From an uncultured Pelagibacteraceae bacterium (lineage in GTDB: Bacteria; Pseudomonadota; Alphaproteobacteria; Pelagibacterales; Pelagibacteraceae), in NCBI GenBank assembly GCA_902604525.1, contig CACKYY010000001.1:29787-93786 (forward strand): 64,000 bases of DNA, written 5' to 3'. The position numbers and the translations under genes were made by a program. The notes beneath the pieces were generated by a model, which made no database searches, was not told the DNA's origin, and saw nothing but the letters and a program-made list of their open reading frames with translations. Positions 32,789 to 42,621 of this stretch are shown in pieces; position 1 is the first letter of the stretch, and the number at the start of each line of letters is the position of its first letter.

Positions 32789-35563
32789 ATGAGAAAAATA
32801 CAAAAATCTGATCATTTTTATCTTATTGATGGTTCTGGATATATCTTTCGAGCTTATTATGCATTACCACCATTAAGTAGAAAAAGTGACGGACTGCCAA
32901 CAGGCGCTGTTAGTGGTTTTTGCAGTATGCTTTTTAAACTTTTAGAGGACTCAAAATCAAATCAAAATATGCAGAAACCAACTCATTTTGCAGTTATTTT
33001 TGACTCTGCTAGGAAAACATTCAGAAATGAAATCTATAGTGAATATAAAGCAAACAGATCTGAGGCGCCTGATGACCTTGCACCTCAATTTGAATATATA
33101 AGGAAGTCTGTTTTAGCATTTAACCTACCATCTGTAGATTTACCCAATTATGAAGCAGATGATTTGATCGCAACTTATGTCGACAAAATACTCAAAAAAG
33201 GTGCGAAGGCTACCATTGTTTCATCAGATAAAGATTTAATGCAGTTATTTCAAAAAAATGTCCGTATTTTTGATCCAATGAAAAATAAATTCGTAACTGA
33301 AGAAGATGTAATCAAAAAGTTTGGGGTTGATGCATCAAAAGTAATAGATGTCCAGTCCTTAGCAGGTGATAGTAGTGATAATGTACCAGGTGTACCCGGA
33401 ATAGGAGTAAAAACTGCTGCCGAGCTAATTAATAAATATGGCAGTCTAGAAAAATTGTTGAAATCAGCTCATGAAATTAAACAAAACAAAAGACGAGAAA
33501 CTCTCTTAGAAAATAAAGATAAAGCATTAATTAGTAAAAAACTTGTGACTTTAGATCATAAATCTCCAATAAATAGAGAACTAGATGAGTTTCAGTTAAA
33601 AAGTATAGACAAAGATAAATTATATAAATTTTTAAGAGAGATGGAATTTAATAGATTATTAAGTTCTGCTATTTCTGCATATGGAGAGCCAGACTTAACA
33701 AGCTCTGTTCCAGAAACTAAAAATATAGAAAAGCAAAGTCCAATTAATAATAAAAATTATTATTTAATTTCTAACCCAGATGAAATAGATGAGTGGGTCG
33801 AAGAGGCCGAAGAATTAGGAGAGGTTGCTGTTGATACTGAAACAAATTCTCTAGATCCTCATCAAGCAGAGCTGGTAGGTATCTCGCTTTCTTCAAAAAT
33901 AGGGAAGGCTTGCTATATTCCAATTGGTCACAAATCGTCAAAATGTATTAAAAAAGAGGTTGTTATAAAAAAACTAAAAAAATTATTAGAGGATCCAAGT
34001 GTTAAAAAAATTGGTCAAAATATTAAATTTGATTTTATTGTATTATTTAAACACGGTATAACATTGTCTGCCATGGAAGACACAATGTTGATGTCTTATG
34101 TTTTAGATGCAGGAAAAAATAGACATAATATGGATACATTATCAGAGTTACATCTTGGACATAAAACGATTTCTTTTAAAGAAATGGTGGGAACCGGAAA
34201 AAAAGAAATCAATTTTAGTGAAGTAGAAGTTAATAAAGCAAAAGATTATGCAGCTGAGGATGCTGATATAACTTTTAGACTTTATAAGAAATTTCTTAAA
34301 AATCTAAAATCTGAAAAACTGATTAATATTTATGAAATATTTGAAAAGCCGTTAATCAAAATTCTCGCATTTATGGAAATAGAAGGTGTTGAGATAGATA
34401 GTAAGTTTTTAACTTCTCTTTCAAAAAAATTTGAAAAAAAAATCCTAACATTGGAAAAAGATATATTTAAAATTTCAAAAAAAGAGTTCAACATCGGTTC
34501 ACCTAAACAACTAGGTGAAATCATTTATAATGAACTTAAAATAGCAGGCTTAAAAAAAACAAAAAAAGGTGGATTTGCAACTAGTGCTTCTGTCCTAGAG
34601 GATTTGGCCTTTAAGGGCAACAAATTTCCTAAATTAATCTTGGACTGGCGACAGTTATCAAAATTAAAAAATACTTACTCAGATGCATTACCCGAGCATG
34701 TTAACCCAATAACAAAAAGAGTACATACCTCCTTTTTGTTAGCTGCTACAACAACCGGAAGACTAGCTTCAAGTGACCCTAATCTGCAAAATATTCCTAT
34801 AAAATCTGATGATGGCAAAGATATAAGAAAAGCATTTAGAGCGAAAAAAGATCATTTATTAATTTCTGCGGATTATAATCAAATAGAAATGAGAATTCTT
34901 GCTGATTTAGCAGATGTGAAAGAGTTAAAAAAAGCTTTTAAAAACCAGGAAGATATTCATTCATTAACAGCTAGCCAAATATTTAATATTGATATTAAAA
35001 AAGTAAATCAAGACCATAGAAGGAAAGCCAAAGCTATCAATTTTGGAATAATTTATGGAATTTCCCAATATGGTTTAGCAAAGCAAATTAATGTATCCAA
35101 CTACGAAGCTGAAGAATTTCTAAATTCATACTTTGGAAAATTTCCAGAAATTAAAGTCTACATGGAAAATACTATTAAATTTTGCAGAAAAAGTGGTTAT
35201 GTAAATAATATTTTTGGAAGAAGATCACACTTTAATGGGATAAACGACAAAAATTTTAATGTTAGAAATTTTCAAGAACGTGCTGCAATTAATGCACCAA
35301 TACAGGGATCAGCTTCAGAGATAATGAGACTAGCCATGATAAGATTAAATAAAAAAATGTCTGAGGATAAAATTACAAAACCAAAAATGCTTCTTCAAAT
35401 TCACGATGAATTAATCTTTGAAGTTCCAAAAAAAGATGAAAAGTTGATGACCAAAATAATTAAAAATGAGATGACAAGTGTAGCTCAAAGCGACTTTCAC
35501 TCATTTTCTACCCCTTTAACAGTTGACGTTAATGTAGGTGATAATTGGGGAATGCTTCATTAA
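32789..35563 (+). CDS. polA: DNA polymerase I
   Basis: 5'-3' exonuclease LIDGSGYIFRAY, 3'-5' exonuclease VAVDTET, polymerase motifs ADYNQIEMR, KAINFGIIYG, QIHDEL. Confidence 0.98.
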   Translation: MRKIQKSDHFYLIDGSGYIFRAYYALPPLSRKSDGLPTGAVSGFCSMLFKLLEDSKSNQNMQKPTHFAVIFDSARKTFRNEIYSEYKANRSEAPDDLAPQFEYIRKSVLAFNLPSVDLPNYEADDLIATYVDKILKKGAKATIVSSDKDLMQLFQKNVRIFDPMKNKFVTEEDVIKKFGVDASKVIDVQSLAGDSSDNVPGVPGIGVKTAAELINKYGSLEKLLKSAHEIKQNKRRETLLENKDKALISKKLVTLDHKSPINRELDEFQLKSIDKDKLYKFLREMEFNRLLSSAISAYGEPDLTSSVPETKNIEKQSPINNKNYYLISNPDEIDEWVEEAEELGEVAVDTETNSLDPHQAELVGISLSSKIGKACYIPIGHKSSKCIKKEVVIKKLKKLLEDPSVKKIGQNIKFDFIVLFKHGITLSAMEDTMLMSYVLDAGKNRHNMDTLSELHLGHKTISFKEMVGTGKKEINFSEVEVNKAKDYAAEDADITFRLYKKFLKNLKSEKLINIYEIFEKPLIKILAFMEIEGVEIDSKFLTSLSKKFEKKILTLEKDIFKISKKEFNIGSPKQLGEIIYNELKIAGLKKTKKGGFATSASVLEDLAFKGNKFPKLILDWRQLSKLKNTYSDALPEHVNPITKRVHTSFLLAATTTGRLASSDPNLQNIPIKSDDGKDIRKAFRAKKDHLLISADYNQIEMRILADLADVKELKKAFKNQEDIHSLTASQIFNIDIKKVNQDHRRKAKAINFGIIYGISQYGLAKQINVSNYEAEEFLNSYFGKFPEIKVYMENTIKFCRKSGYVNNIFGRRSHFNGINDKNFNVRNFQERAAINAPIQGSASEIMRLAMIRLNKKMSEDKITKPKMLLQIHDELIFEVPKKDEKLMTKIIKNEMTSVAQSDFHSFSTPLTVDVNVGDNWGMLH

Positions 35564-35613
35564 TTTAATATCATTGCCCAAATTAGGACAATTTAGTATT
35601 TTTAGATGAATAT

Positions 35614-36321
35614 ATGCAGAAACAAACTATAGCTTTAATCGATGATGATAGAAACATACTCACAAGCTTAAGTATTGCTTTAGAGAAAGAGGGTTTCAAA
35701 GTGCAAACCTATATAGATGGAGAGAGTGCACTAATTGGATTAACAAGAGTTCCACCTGATCTAGCAGTTATTGACATCAAAATGCCAAAGATGGATGGAG
35801 AAGAATTATTAAAAAAACTTAGAAAAAAAACATCTTTACCTGTAATTTTCTTAACATCTAAAGATGATGAAATTGACGAGCTACTAGGCCTAAAATTGGG
35901 TGCAGATGATTTTGTAAAAAAATCAGGAGGTTTTTCTATAAAAGTTTTAATTGAAAGAATTAGAGTTCAGTTAAGAAAAAAAGATTCAAATAATATTTTA
36001 GAGGAAAACAAAAGTTTAATTTCTCATGGAAGATTAAAATTAGATCCCTCGCAACTTGAATGCGAGTGGAATGGAAAACAATTACCTGACAAATTAACAA
36101 CGACTGAATTTTTAATTGTTAAAGAATTAGCCAAGAGACCAGGTATTATTAAAGAAAGAGCTCAATTAATGGATATCGCTTACAGGGAAGATACAGATAT
36201 AGAAGACAGAACTATTGACAGTCATGTTAAAAGAATTCGTAAAAAATTTAAAAAAGTAGACCCTGATTTTTCAGCTATTGAAACTAGGTATGGTAGTGGA
36301 TATAGATGGAATGTTAGCTGA
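35614..36321 (+). CDS. chvI: OmpR-family response regulator ChvI
   Basis: ALIDDDRNILTSL, DIKMPKMDG, DRTIDSHVKRIRKKF. Confidence 0.93.
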   Translation: MQKQTIALIDDDRNILTSLSIALEKEGFKVQTYIDGESALIGLTRVPPDLAVIDIKMPKMDGEELLKKLRKKTSLPVIFLTSKDDEIDELLGLKLGADDFVKKSGGFSIKVLIERIRVQLRKKDSNNILEENKSLISHGRLKLDPSQLECEWNGKQLPDKLTTTEFLIVKELAKRPGIIKERAQLMDIAYREDTDIEDRTIDSHVKRIRKKFKKVDPDFSAIETRYGSGYRWNVS

Positions 36322-37862
36322 TGTTTAGTAAATACTTAAAAACCCTTTCAATATTAAAAAAATTCTTATTCATTAACTTTGTTATTTTTACTATTATTGG
36401 ATTATTTACAATAGTTTACTTAAATAACATTCAAAAAAACTTAGTAAAAAAAAAATCTGAAAATCATATAAAAATTATAAATAACACTATCGATAATCTT
36501 TCAAGATTAAACGTAAAATTTGATGCTGATGATATACGAAAATTTCTATTTTCAACAAGATTTATATTTCAAAATTTAGATAGAGTAATTTTTTTTGATA
36601 GTAACTTAAATCTCATAGGAGATACAGATACATTAGATCTTGATCCGAGATCATTTTCAACAAGATTAGATGAGATTGAGTTTGAAAGTTTAAGTGAAGA
36701 CAAAATTGATCAAAATATCGAAGAAAAAAATATTAATATAGATCAAGAAAAGCCAGTATCTTTGAAAGATATTTTGACTGACTACTCAAAATCAGAAAAA
36801 TCTGTAAATCCATTTACTTTTATTCAAGAAAATTACAATCAATTTAAATTAACAACTATAAAAGATGTTGAAAGAGAAGGATCAACTGTAGGTTATTTAG
36901 CAATAACTGAGATTGCTAATGATATTAAAACTGCAACAGATGAGAGAAAGGCTTTTGTAATTAGAACTGCAATATCTGTTGGATTTGTAATTTTAATTTT
37001 TTCATTTGTGTTAAGTAGATATTTTATTAAACCAATTCAAAATTTGGTTCATTATACTAAACTTATAAAAGAAAAAAATCAGACTAAGTCAAACATTGAA
37101 AATTTAAAAAATAGAAACGATGAATTGGGTCTTCTTTCAACTTCTCTTGAGGATATGACAATTGAGTTACAAAAAAGAGTAACGCATGCAGAAAATTTTT
37201 CTACAGATCTTGTTCATGAAATTAGAAATCCTTTAGCGTCTTTAAAAGGTGCATCTGAAATTTTGCAAGATACAAATGATAAAGATCAAAGACTTAAACT
37301 AATAAATATTCTTAGCCATGATGTTCAGCGTATTGAAAGATTAATTACAGATTATTCTCAAATGTTAAAGGATGAAGTTGCTTTGAGTAAAGAAAAAATG
37401 AATAAGATAAATGTAGAGCCAATTATTAAATCTGTTGTAGATGATTATAATAATATCCATAAAGTTAAAAAGGATATTGATGTAAGATATGAAAATGATG
37501 GAAAAAAAGAGTACTTTATTAAGGGTATAGAAAATAGAATAGAACAAATAATTGCAAATTTATTAGATAATTCTATATCCTTTAGCAAAAAAGGTTCTAG
37601 CATTTTAATTAATGTTTCAGATAGCTCTGAAAATAAAGTTTCAATTAAAATACTTGATGAAGGAGAAGGTTTTAAGGAAAAAGATACTTCAAGAATATTT
37701 AAGAGATTTTATAGTAATCGACCTGATAAGTTTGGAGAACATTCTGGGCTAGGATTAAATATTGTTAAAAATCTGGTTGATTTACACGATGGAGAAATTG
37801 TAGCATCTAATCGAGTTGATACTGTAGGTGCTATGATAGAAATAAGATTTCCTAGCATTTAA
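36321..37862 (+). CDS. chvG: Sensor histidine kinase ChvG
   Basis: Two TM helices, HAMP, H-box HEIRNPL, N-box NLLDNSISFS, G-box HSGLGL; coupled to chvI. Confidence 0.88.
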   Translation: MFSKYLKTLSILKKFLFINFVIFTIIGLFTIVYLNNIQKNLVKKKSENHIKIINNTIDNLSRLNVKFDADDIRKFLFSTRFIFQNLDRVIFFDSNLNLIGDTDTLDLDPRSFSTRLDEIEFESLSEDKIDQNIEEKNINIDQEKPVSLKDILTDYSKSEKSVNPFTFIQENYNQFKLTTIKDVEREGSTVGYLAITEIANDIKTATDERKAFVIRTAISVGFVILIFSFVLSRYFIKPIQNLVHYTKLIKEKNQTKSNIENLKNRNDELGLLSTSLEDMTIELQKRVTHAENFSTDLVHEIRNPLASLKGASEILQDTNDKDQRLKLINILSHDVQRIERLITDYSQMLKDEVALSKEKMNKINVEPIIKSVVDDYNNIHKVKKDIDVRYENDGKKEYFIKGIENRIEQIIANLLDNSISFSKKGSSILINVSDSSENKVSIKILDEGEGFKEKDTSRIFKRFYSNRPDKFGEHSGLGLNIVKNLVDLHDGEIVASNRVDTVGAMIEIRFPSI

Positions 37863-37869
37863 TCTAATG

Positions 37870-37897
37870 TTGATAAAATAATACTTAACGTTATAAA
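37870..37897 (+). promoter_or_regulatory. Putative promoter of ahcY, probably giving a leaderless mRNA
   Basis: TTGATA-16 nt-TATAAA with the ATG 7 nt after the -10 and no SD. Confidence 0.55.
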
Positions 37898-37904
37898 CCT
37901 TGCA

Positions 37905-39191
37905 ATGGAAGATTATAAAGTAAAAGATATTTCACAAGCTGATTTCGGAAGAAAAGAAATTTCTATTGCAGAAAGTGAAATGCCAGGATTGATTGCTTTA
38001 CGAGAGGAATATTCAAAAACGAAACCCCTTAAGGGTGCTAAAATTATTGGCTGTTTACATATGACTATTCAAACAGCTGTACTTATTGAAACATTGGTTG
38101 ATTTAGGAGCAGAGGTTAGATGGTCATCTTGTAATATTTTTTCAACTCAAGATCATGCTGCTGCTGCTATTGCTAAAGTAGGTATACCTGTTTATGCGTG
38201 GAAGGGTGAAACTGAAGAAGAATACTTATGGTGTATCAAACAAACTATAGTAGGTAAATCTGATTGGAAGCCAAATATGTTATTAGATGATGGTGGTGAC
38301 CTAACAGCAATCATGCATAATGAATATAAAGAATTGATGAAAGATGTTAAAGGAATTTCAGAGGAAACAACAACTGGAATTAAAGCACTTAACAAAATGG
38401 AAAAAGACAAATCTCTTTTAGTGCCAGCAATAAATGTAAATGACTCAGTAACTAAATCAAAATTTGACAATTTATATGGTTGTAGAGAAAGTTTAGTTGA
38501 CGGAATAAGACGCGCAACTGATGTTATGATGTCAGGTAAAATTGCAATTGTAGCAGGCTTTGGTGATGTTGGCAAAGGAAGTGCTGCCTCTTTAAGACAA
38601 AGTGGAGCAAGAGTATTAGTCACAGAGGCAGATCCAATTTGTGCTCTTCAAGCTGCAATGGAGGGGTACGAAGTAGTTTTAATGGAAGAAGCTATAAGTA
38701 GAGCAGATATAGTTGTAACTGCTACTGGAAATAAAGATATAGTTACAGCAGACCACATGAGAGACATGAAGGATAGAGCTATCTTATGTAACATTGGACA
38801 TTTTGATAACGAAATACAGGTCGAGGCTCTGAAAAATTATAAATGGACTGAAGTTAAACCACAAGTTCATGAGATTGAACTTCCTGGTGGTAAGAGAATT
38901 ATTTTATTAGCAGAAGGAAGATTGGTAAATTTAGGGTGTGCAACTGGACACCCTAGCTTTGTTATGAGTGCTTCATTCACTAATCAGGTAATTGCACAGA
39001 TAGAACTTTGGCATAATTACAAAAATTATGAAAATAAGGTTTATGTGTTACCTAAGCATTTGGATGAAAAAGTTGCTACTTTACATCTTAAAAAAGTTGG
39101 TGCTAAACTAACTAAACTGTCTAAAGATCAAGCAGATTACATAAGCGTAGCAACAGAAGGTCCTTTTAAACCAGATGCTTACCGCTATTAA
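37905..39191 (+). CDS. ahcY: Adenosylhomocysteinase
   Basis: [48 protein letters not shown]. Confidence 0.98.
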   Translation: MEDYKVKDISQADFGRKEISIAESEMPGLIALREEYSKTKPLKGAKIIGCLHMTIQTAVLIETLVDLGAEVRWSSCNIFSTQDHAAAAIAKVGIPVYAWKGETEEEYLWCIKQTIVGKSDWKPNMLLDDGGDLTAIMHNEYKELMKDVKGISEETTTGIKALNKMEKDKSLLVPAINVNDSVTKSKFDNLYGCRESLVDGIRRATDVMMSGKIAIVAGFGDVGKGSAASLRQSGARVLVTEADPICALQAAMEGYEVVLMEEAISRADIVVTATGNKDIVTADHMRDMKDRAILCNIGHFDNEIQVEALKNYKWTEVKPQVHEIELPGGKRIILLAEGRLVNLGCATGHPSFVMSASFTNQVIAQIELWHNYKNYENKVYVLPKHLDEKVATLHLKKVGAKLTKLSKDQADYISVATEGPFKPDAYRY

Positions 39192-39636
39192 AGATAGCAA
39201 AATTAATATTACTTCTGAGAAATCTACAAGAGAATTGGCAGAAAAATTAACCTCCTACTTTAAAGGAGGCGATTACGTTTTTTTGTATGGGGAGATGGGA
39301 GTTGGTAAGACAACTTTTGTAAAATATCTTGTTAATAAATTTCAGATTGATCAAAAGTTAGAACCTACTGAGGTTACTAGCCCTACTTTTAATTTACTAA
39401 ATGAGTATAAAACTAATAAATTTACCATTAAACATTATGATTTATTTAGGATAAAAAATAGTTCAGAAATTAAAGACTTAGATATTTTTGAAAAAAATGA
39501 AAAAATTATTACTCTGGTTGAGTGGCCTAAATTACTAAAAATTAATAATAAAGCAAAATCTATTGATTTATTATTTACATACGAAAATGAACTTAAAAAT
39601 AGAACAGTTGAGATAAAAGGTTTAAATTCTATTTAG
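39175..39636 (+). CDS. tsaE: t6A biosynthesis ATPase TsaE
   Basis: [26 protein letters not shown]. Confidence 0.93.
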   Translation: MLTAIKDSKINITSEKSTRELAEKLTSYFKGGDYVFLYGEMGVGKTTFVKYLVNKFQIDQKLEPTEVTSPTFNLLNEYKTNKFTIKHYDLFRIKNSSEIKDLDIFEKNEKIITLVEWPKLLKINNKAKSIDLLFTYENELKNRTVEIKGLNSI

Positions 39637-39640
39637 TAAA

Positions 39641-40585
39641 ATGCTAAATTTTAAAAAGTTAAATGAAATTAAAGGTGACGCATCCTTTCGAAAATTTTAT
39701 AGAAATAAGAATAATCATTCGGTTATAGTTTATGCTAAAAAAGAGAAAGTTAAAAATCTTTTAATCTATGATGCTATTAATAAAATTTTAAATAAAAATA
39801 AAATCCTAGCACCAAAGTTACTAAATCAAAATTATAAAAACAATTATATAGAGGTTGAAGATTTTGGAGATAATACCTTATACAAAGTCTTGAAACAAAC
39901 AAAAACTAACAAAGAGCTAATTTTTATTAAAATATTAAAAACTTTAAGAAGATTACAATTAATTAAAGATAAACAGGTGGTAAATCTTAATAATAAGAAA
40001 TATAAAATGGTGGAGTACGATAATAAAATATTATCCAATGAAGCAAAATTGTTTTCTGAATGGTACGCACCTAGAAACATAAATAAATTTAAGATCAGAA
40101 ATTTTAAAAAAAAATATGAAAATGAGGTTAATAAGTTGTTATCTAAATTGGTTTTAAAAAACAATACTTTTGTTCACAGAGATTTTCACGTATCAAATTT
40201 AATGTATGTTAAAAATAATATTGCAGTTATTGATAGCCAAGATGCTTTAATCGGTAATAAAGCTTATGATTTAGCTTCACTGGTTGATGATGTAAGATTT
40301 AAAACATCTAATAAACTTAAAAATAAAATTTTAAAAAATTACTTTAAAAAATTAAAAAAAACTGAAATTAATAAATTTACAAATGACTTTGAAATTTTAT
40401 CTGTTCTTAGAAATTTAAAGATCATAGGAATTTTTATGCGTTTAGCGTTAAGAGATAAAAAAAAAAAATACATCAAAATGATACCCTATGCCTGGGAAAT
40501 GATTAACTATAGGATGAAAAGAAATAGGGAATTTGTTAATTTAAAATTGATACTAAAAAGTAATTTCCCTAAATTTGTTAAATAA
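39641..40585 (+). CDS. amgK: Anomeric MurNAc/GlcNAc kinase (APH-like)
   Basis: GDASFRKFYR, HRDFHVSNLM, YDLASL, RNLKIIGIF; tsaE-amgK-murU synteny. Confidence 0.82.
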   Translation: MLNFKKLNEIKGDASFRKFYRNKNNHSVIVYAKKEKVKNLLIYDAINKILNKNKILAPKLLNQNYKNNYIEVEDFGDNTLYKVLKQTKTNKELIFIKILKTLRRLQLIKDKQVVNLNNKKYKMVEYDNKILSNEAKLFSEWYAPRNINKFKIRNFKKKYENEVNKLLSKLVLKNNTFVHRDFHVSNLMYVKNNIAVIDSQDALIGNKAYDLASLVDDVRFKTSNKLKNKILKNYFKKLKKTEINKFTNDFEILSVLRNLKIIGIFMRLALRDKKKKYIKMIPYAWEMINYRMKRNREFVNLKLILKSNFPKFVK

Positions 40586-40588
40586 GTT

Positions 40589-41278
40589 GTGAAAATAAAT
40601 ACTGCTTTAATATTATGTGCTGGTTTTGGAAAACGGTTAAATCCAATTACTTTAAAAACACCTAAACCTTTAATAGAAATTAAAGATATTACCATGCTTG
40701 AGAAAAGCATAAACTTAATTAAAGAGATGCATATTAGTAAAATTTTTATTAATACTTTCTATTTAAAAGAACATTTTTCAGAGTTTATTAAAAATAAAAA
40801 TTTTAATTTAGATATTCATATTGTTGAAGATGGAGGAAGTATTTTAGATACTGGAGGCGGTATATTAAATATGATCAATCATTCTGGTGGAGATGATTTT
40901 ATAGTCTTAAATCCTGATACAATTTGGTCAAATGAATATCGAGACGAAATTATAAAAATGGAAGAAATTTATTTTGCAAAAAAATTAGAAAATATACTTT
41001 TATTAGTTAATAAAAAATTAAGTTTTGATCAAAATTTAACTGGAGATTTTAATCTTTCAAATAATTTAATCTCTAAAAAAGATAACCTAGATTTTATTTA
41101 TACTGGTTGCCAAATTTTAAACAAAAAAATTTTAATGAACCAAACTATAAATAAATTCTCAATTTTAAATATTTGGAATAAATTAATAGATGAAAAAAAA
41201 TTATATGGGTTTGAAAGTAAAAAAAAATTTTATCACTTAACAAACTTAAACATTTTTAATAAACTAAAAGATCTTTAG
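40589..41278 (+). CDS. murU: MurNAc-alpha-1-phosphate uridylyltransferase
   Basis: GTG start, LCAGFGKRLNPITLKTPKPL, LDTGGG; follows amgK. Confidence 0.82.
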   Translation: MKINTALILCAGFGKRLNPITLKTPKPLIEIKDITMLEKSINLIKEMHISKIFINTFYLKEHFSEFIKNKNFNLDIHIVEDGGSILDTGGGILNMINHSGGDDFIVLNPDTIWSNEYRDEIIKMEEIYFAKKLENILLLVNKKLSFDQNLTGDFNLSNNLISKKDNLDFIYTGCQILNKKILMNQTINKFSILNIWNKLIDEKKLYGFESKKKFYHLTNLNIFNKLKDL

Positions 41279-41969
41279 CTCGTTCAGTGTCAAGATATTC
41301 ACAATTTAATATCTTATTGTCTCCATTAAATTCTATAAACAACGGATTACCAGTTGGTATTTCTAATTTAGCAATCTTATTGTTATCTAGTTTAAAAAGA
41401 TATTTACATAGAGACCTTAGGGAATTTCCGTGAGCAGAAATTAAAATATTTTTGTTTTTAAAATTATTTTCAACATATTTAATATAATATTTGATTACTC
41501 TTTCATAAGTATCTTTTAAAGACTCAGTATCTGGAATTTTATCAGCAGGTATATCTTTATATGCACTAATATTTATTGGGTGATAAGCACTATTTTTATC
41601 CAATGGATCAGGTCTTAAATCCCATGACCTTCTAAATTGATGAACTTTTTCTTCCCCAAGTTCTTTTTTCATTTCATCTTTATTCAAACCTGTAAGAGAA
41701 CCATAGTGTCTTTCATTGAGTTGCCAAGCAGATTTAATATTTTTATAGTCATTTAATTGTTCCTGTATAATTTTCAGAGTATTAATGGCTCTCAATTGAA
41801 ATGATGAGTAATATAAATCTATATTTATTTGTTTCTCCTTGATGAGTTTACCTGATTTTTTTGCTTGAGCTCTGCCATTATCATTTAAGTCAACATCTAC
41901 CCATCCTGTAAATCTGTTTTCAAGATTCCATACACTTTGACCGTGTCTCACAAGTATTAAATAACTCAT
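41256..41969 (-). CDS. gpmA: 2,3-bisphosphoglycerate-dependent phosphoglycerate mutase
   Basis: LVRHGQSVWN, RFTGWVD, LNERHYG, AHGNSLR; start MSYLILV at 41969. Confidence 0.95.
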   Translation of the reverse strand: MSYLILVRHGQSVWNLENRFTGWVDVDLNDNGRAQAKKSGKLIKEKQINIDLYYSSFQLRAINTLKIIQEQLNDYKNIKSAWQLNERHYGSLTGLNKDEMKKELGEEKVHQFRRSWDLRPDPLDKNSAYHPINISAYKDIPADKIPDTESLKDTYERVIKYYIKYVENNFKNKNILISAHGNSLRSLCKYLFKLDNNKIAKLEIPTGNPLFIEFNGDNKILNCEYLDTERAKDLLVY

Positions 41970-42015
41970 TTGTTTATCTTTTAGAATAATTTGATAAATA
42001 AAACTATACTTATTA

Positions 42016-42621
42016 ATGATAAATATTTTTTTGAAAAATAAAATTTTATTTATAATAATTTTTCTATTAACAGGCTGTTCTTCAATACCTTCCAACACCA
42101 GTAATAGCTGCTCTATTTTTAATGAAAATTATTTGTGGTATAAGCATGCAAAAAAAGCTGAACAAAAGTGGGGAACACCTATTCACTTACAGCTTGCAAT
42201 TATAAAAATGGAATCTGGGTTTGATTGGCTTGCGAAACCTCCGCGTCAAAAACTTTTTAAAATAGTTCCCTACAAAAGACCCTCCAGTTCATTTGGCTAT
42301 TCTCAAGCTGTAAAAGGAACTTGGAAACAATATAAGACTGAGACAGGGAATAAATTTGCAACTAGAACAAGATTTAAAGATAGTGTTGATTTCATTGGGT
42401 GGTATACAACTAAAACTGAAAAAATTTTAAAAGTTTTAAAAACAGATGCATTTAAACAGTATATTGCTTACCATGAAGGTTGGGGAAATTACAAAAATTA
42501 TAAAAGTAATAAGAAAGTTGTTAATTTAGCAAAAAGAGTAGAGAAACAGTCAAATATTTATAAAAAGCAATTATCTGATTGTAAGAATTCTTTATCTACT
42601 AATAAATATATTGTTTTTTAA
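42016..42621 (+). CDS. Lipoprotein with a transglycosylase SLT-like domain
   Basis: Lipobox LLTGC; catalytic-like AIIKMES, SSFGYSQA, AYHEGWGNY. Confidence 0.75.
   Translation: MINIFLKNKILFIIIFLLTGCSSIPSNTSNSCSIFNENYLWYKHAKKAEQKWGTPIHLQLAIIKMESGFDWLAKPPRQKLFKIVPYKRPSSSFGYSQAVKGTWKQYKTETGNKFATRTRFKDSVDFIGWYTTKTEKILKVLKTDAFKQYIAYHEGWGNYKNYKSNKKVVNLAKRVEKQSNIYKKQLSDCKNSLSTNKYIVF

Noticed and set aside
41970-42098. Long gpmA N-terminus overlapping the SLT lipoprotein head-to-head
   Set aside because: GpmA homology begins at MSYLILVRHG (41969); the extension is an open-frame artefact
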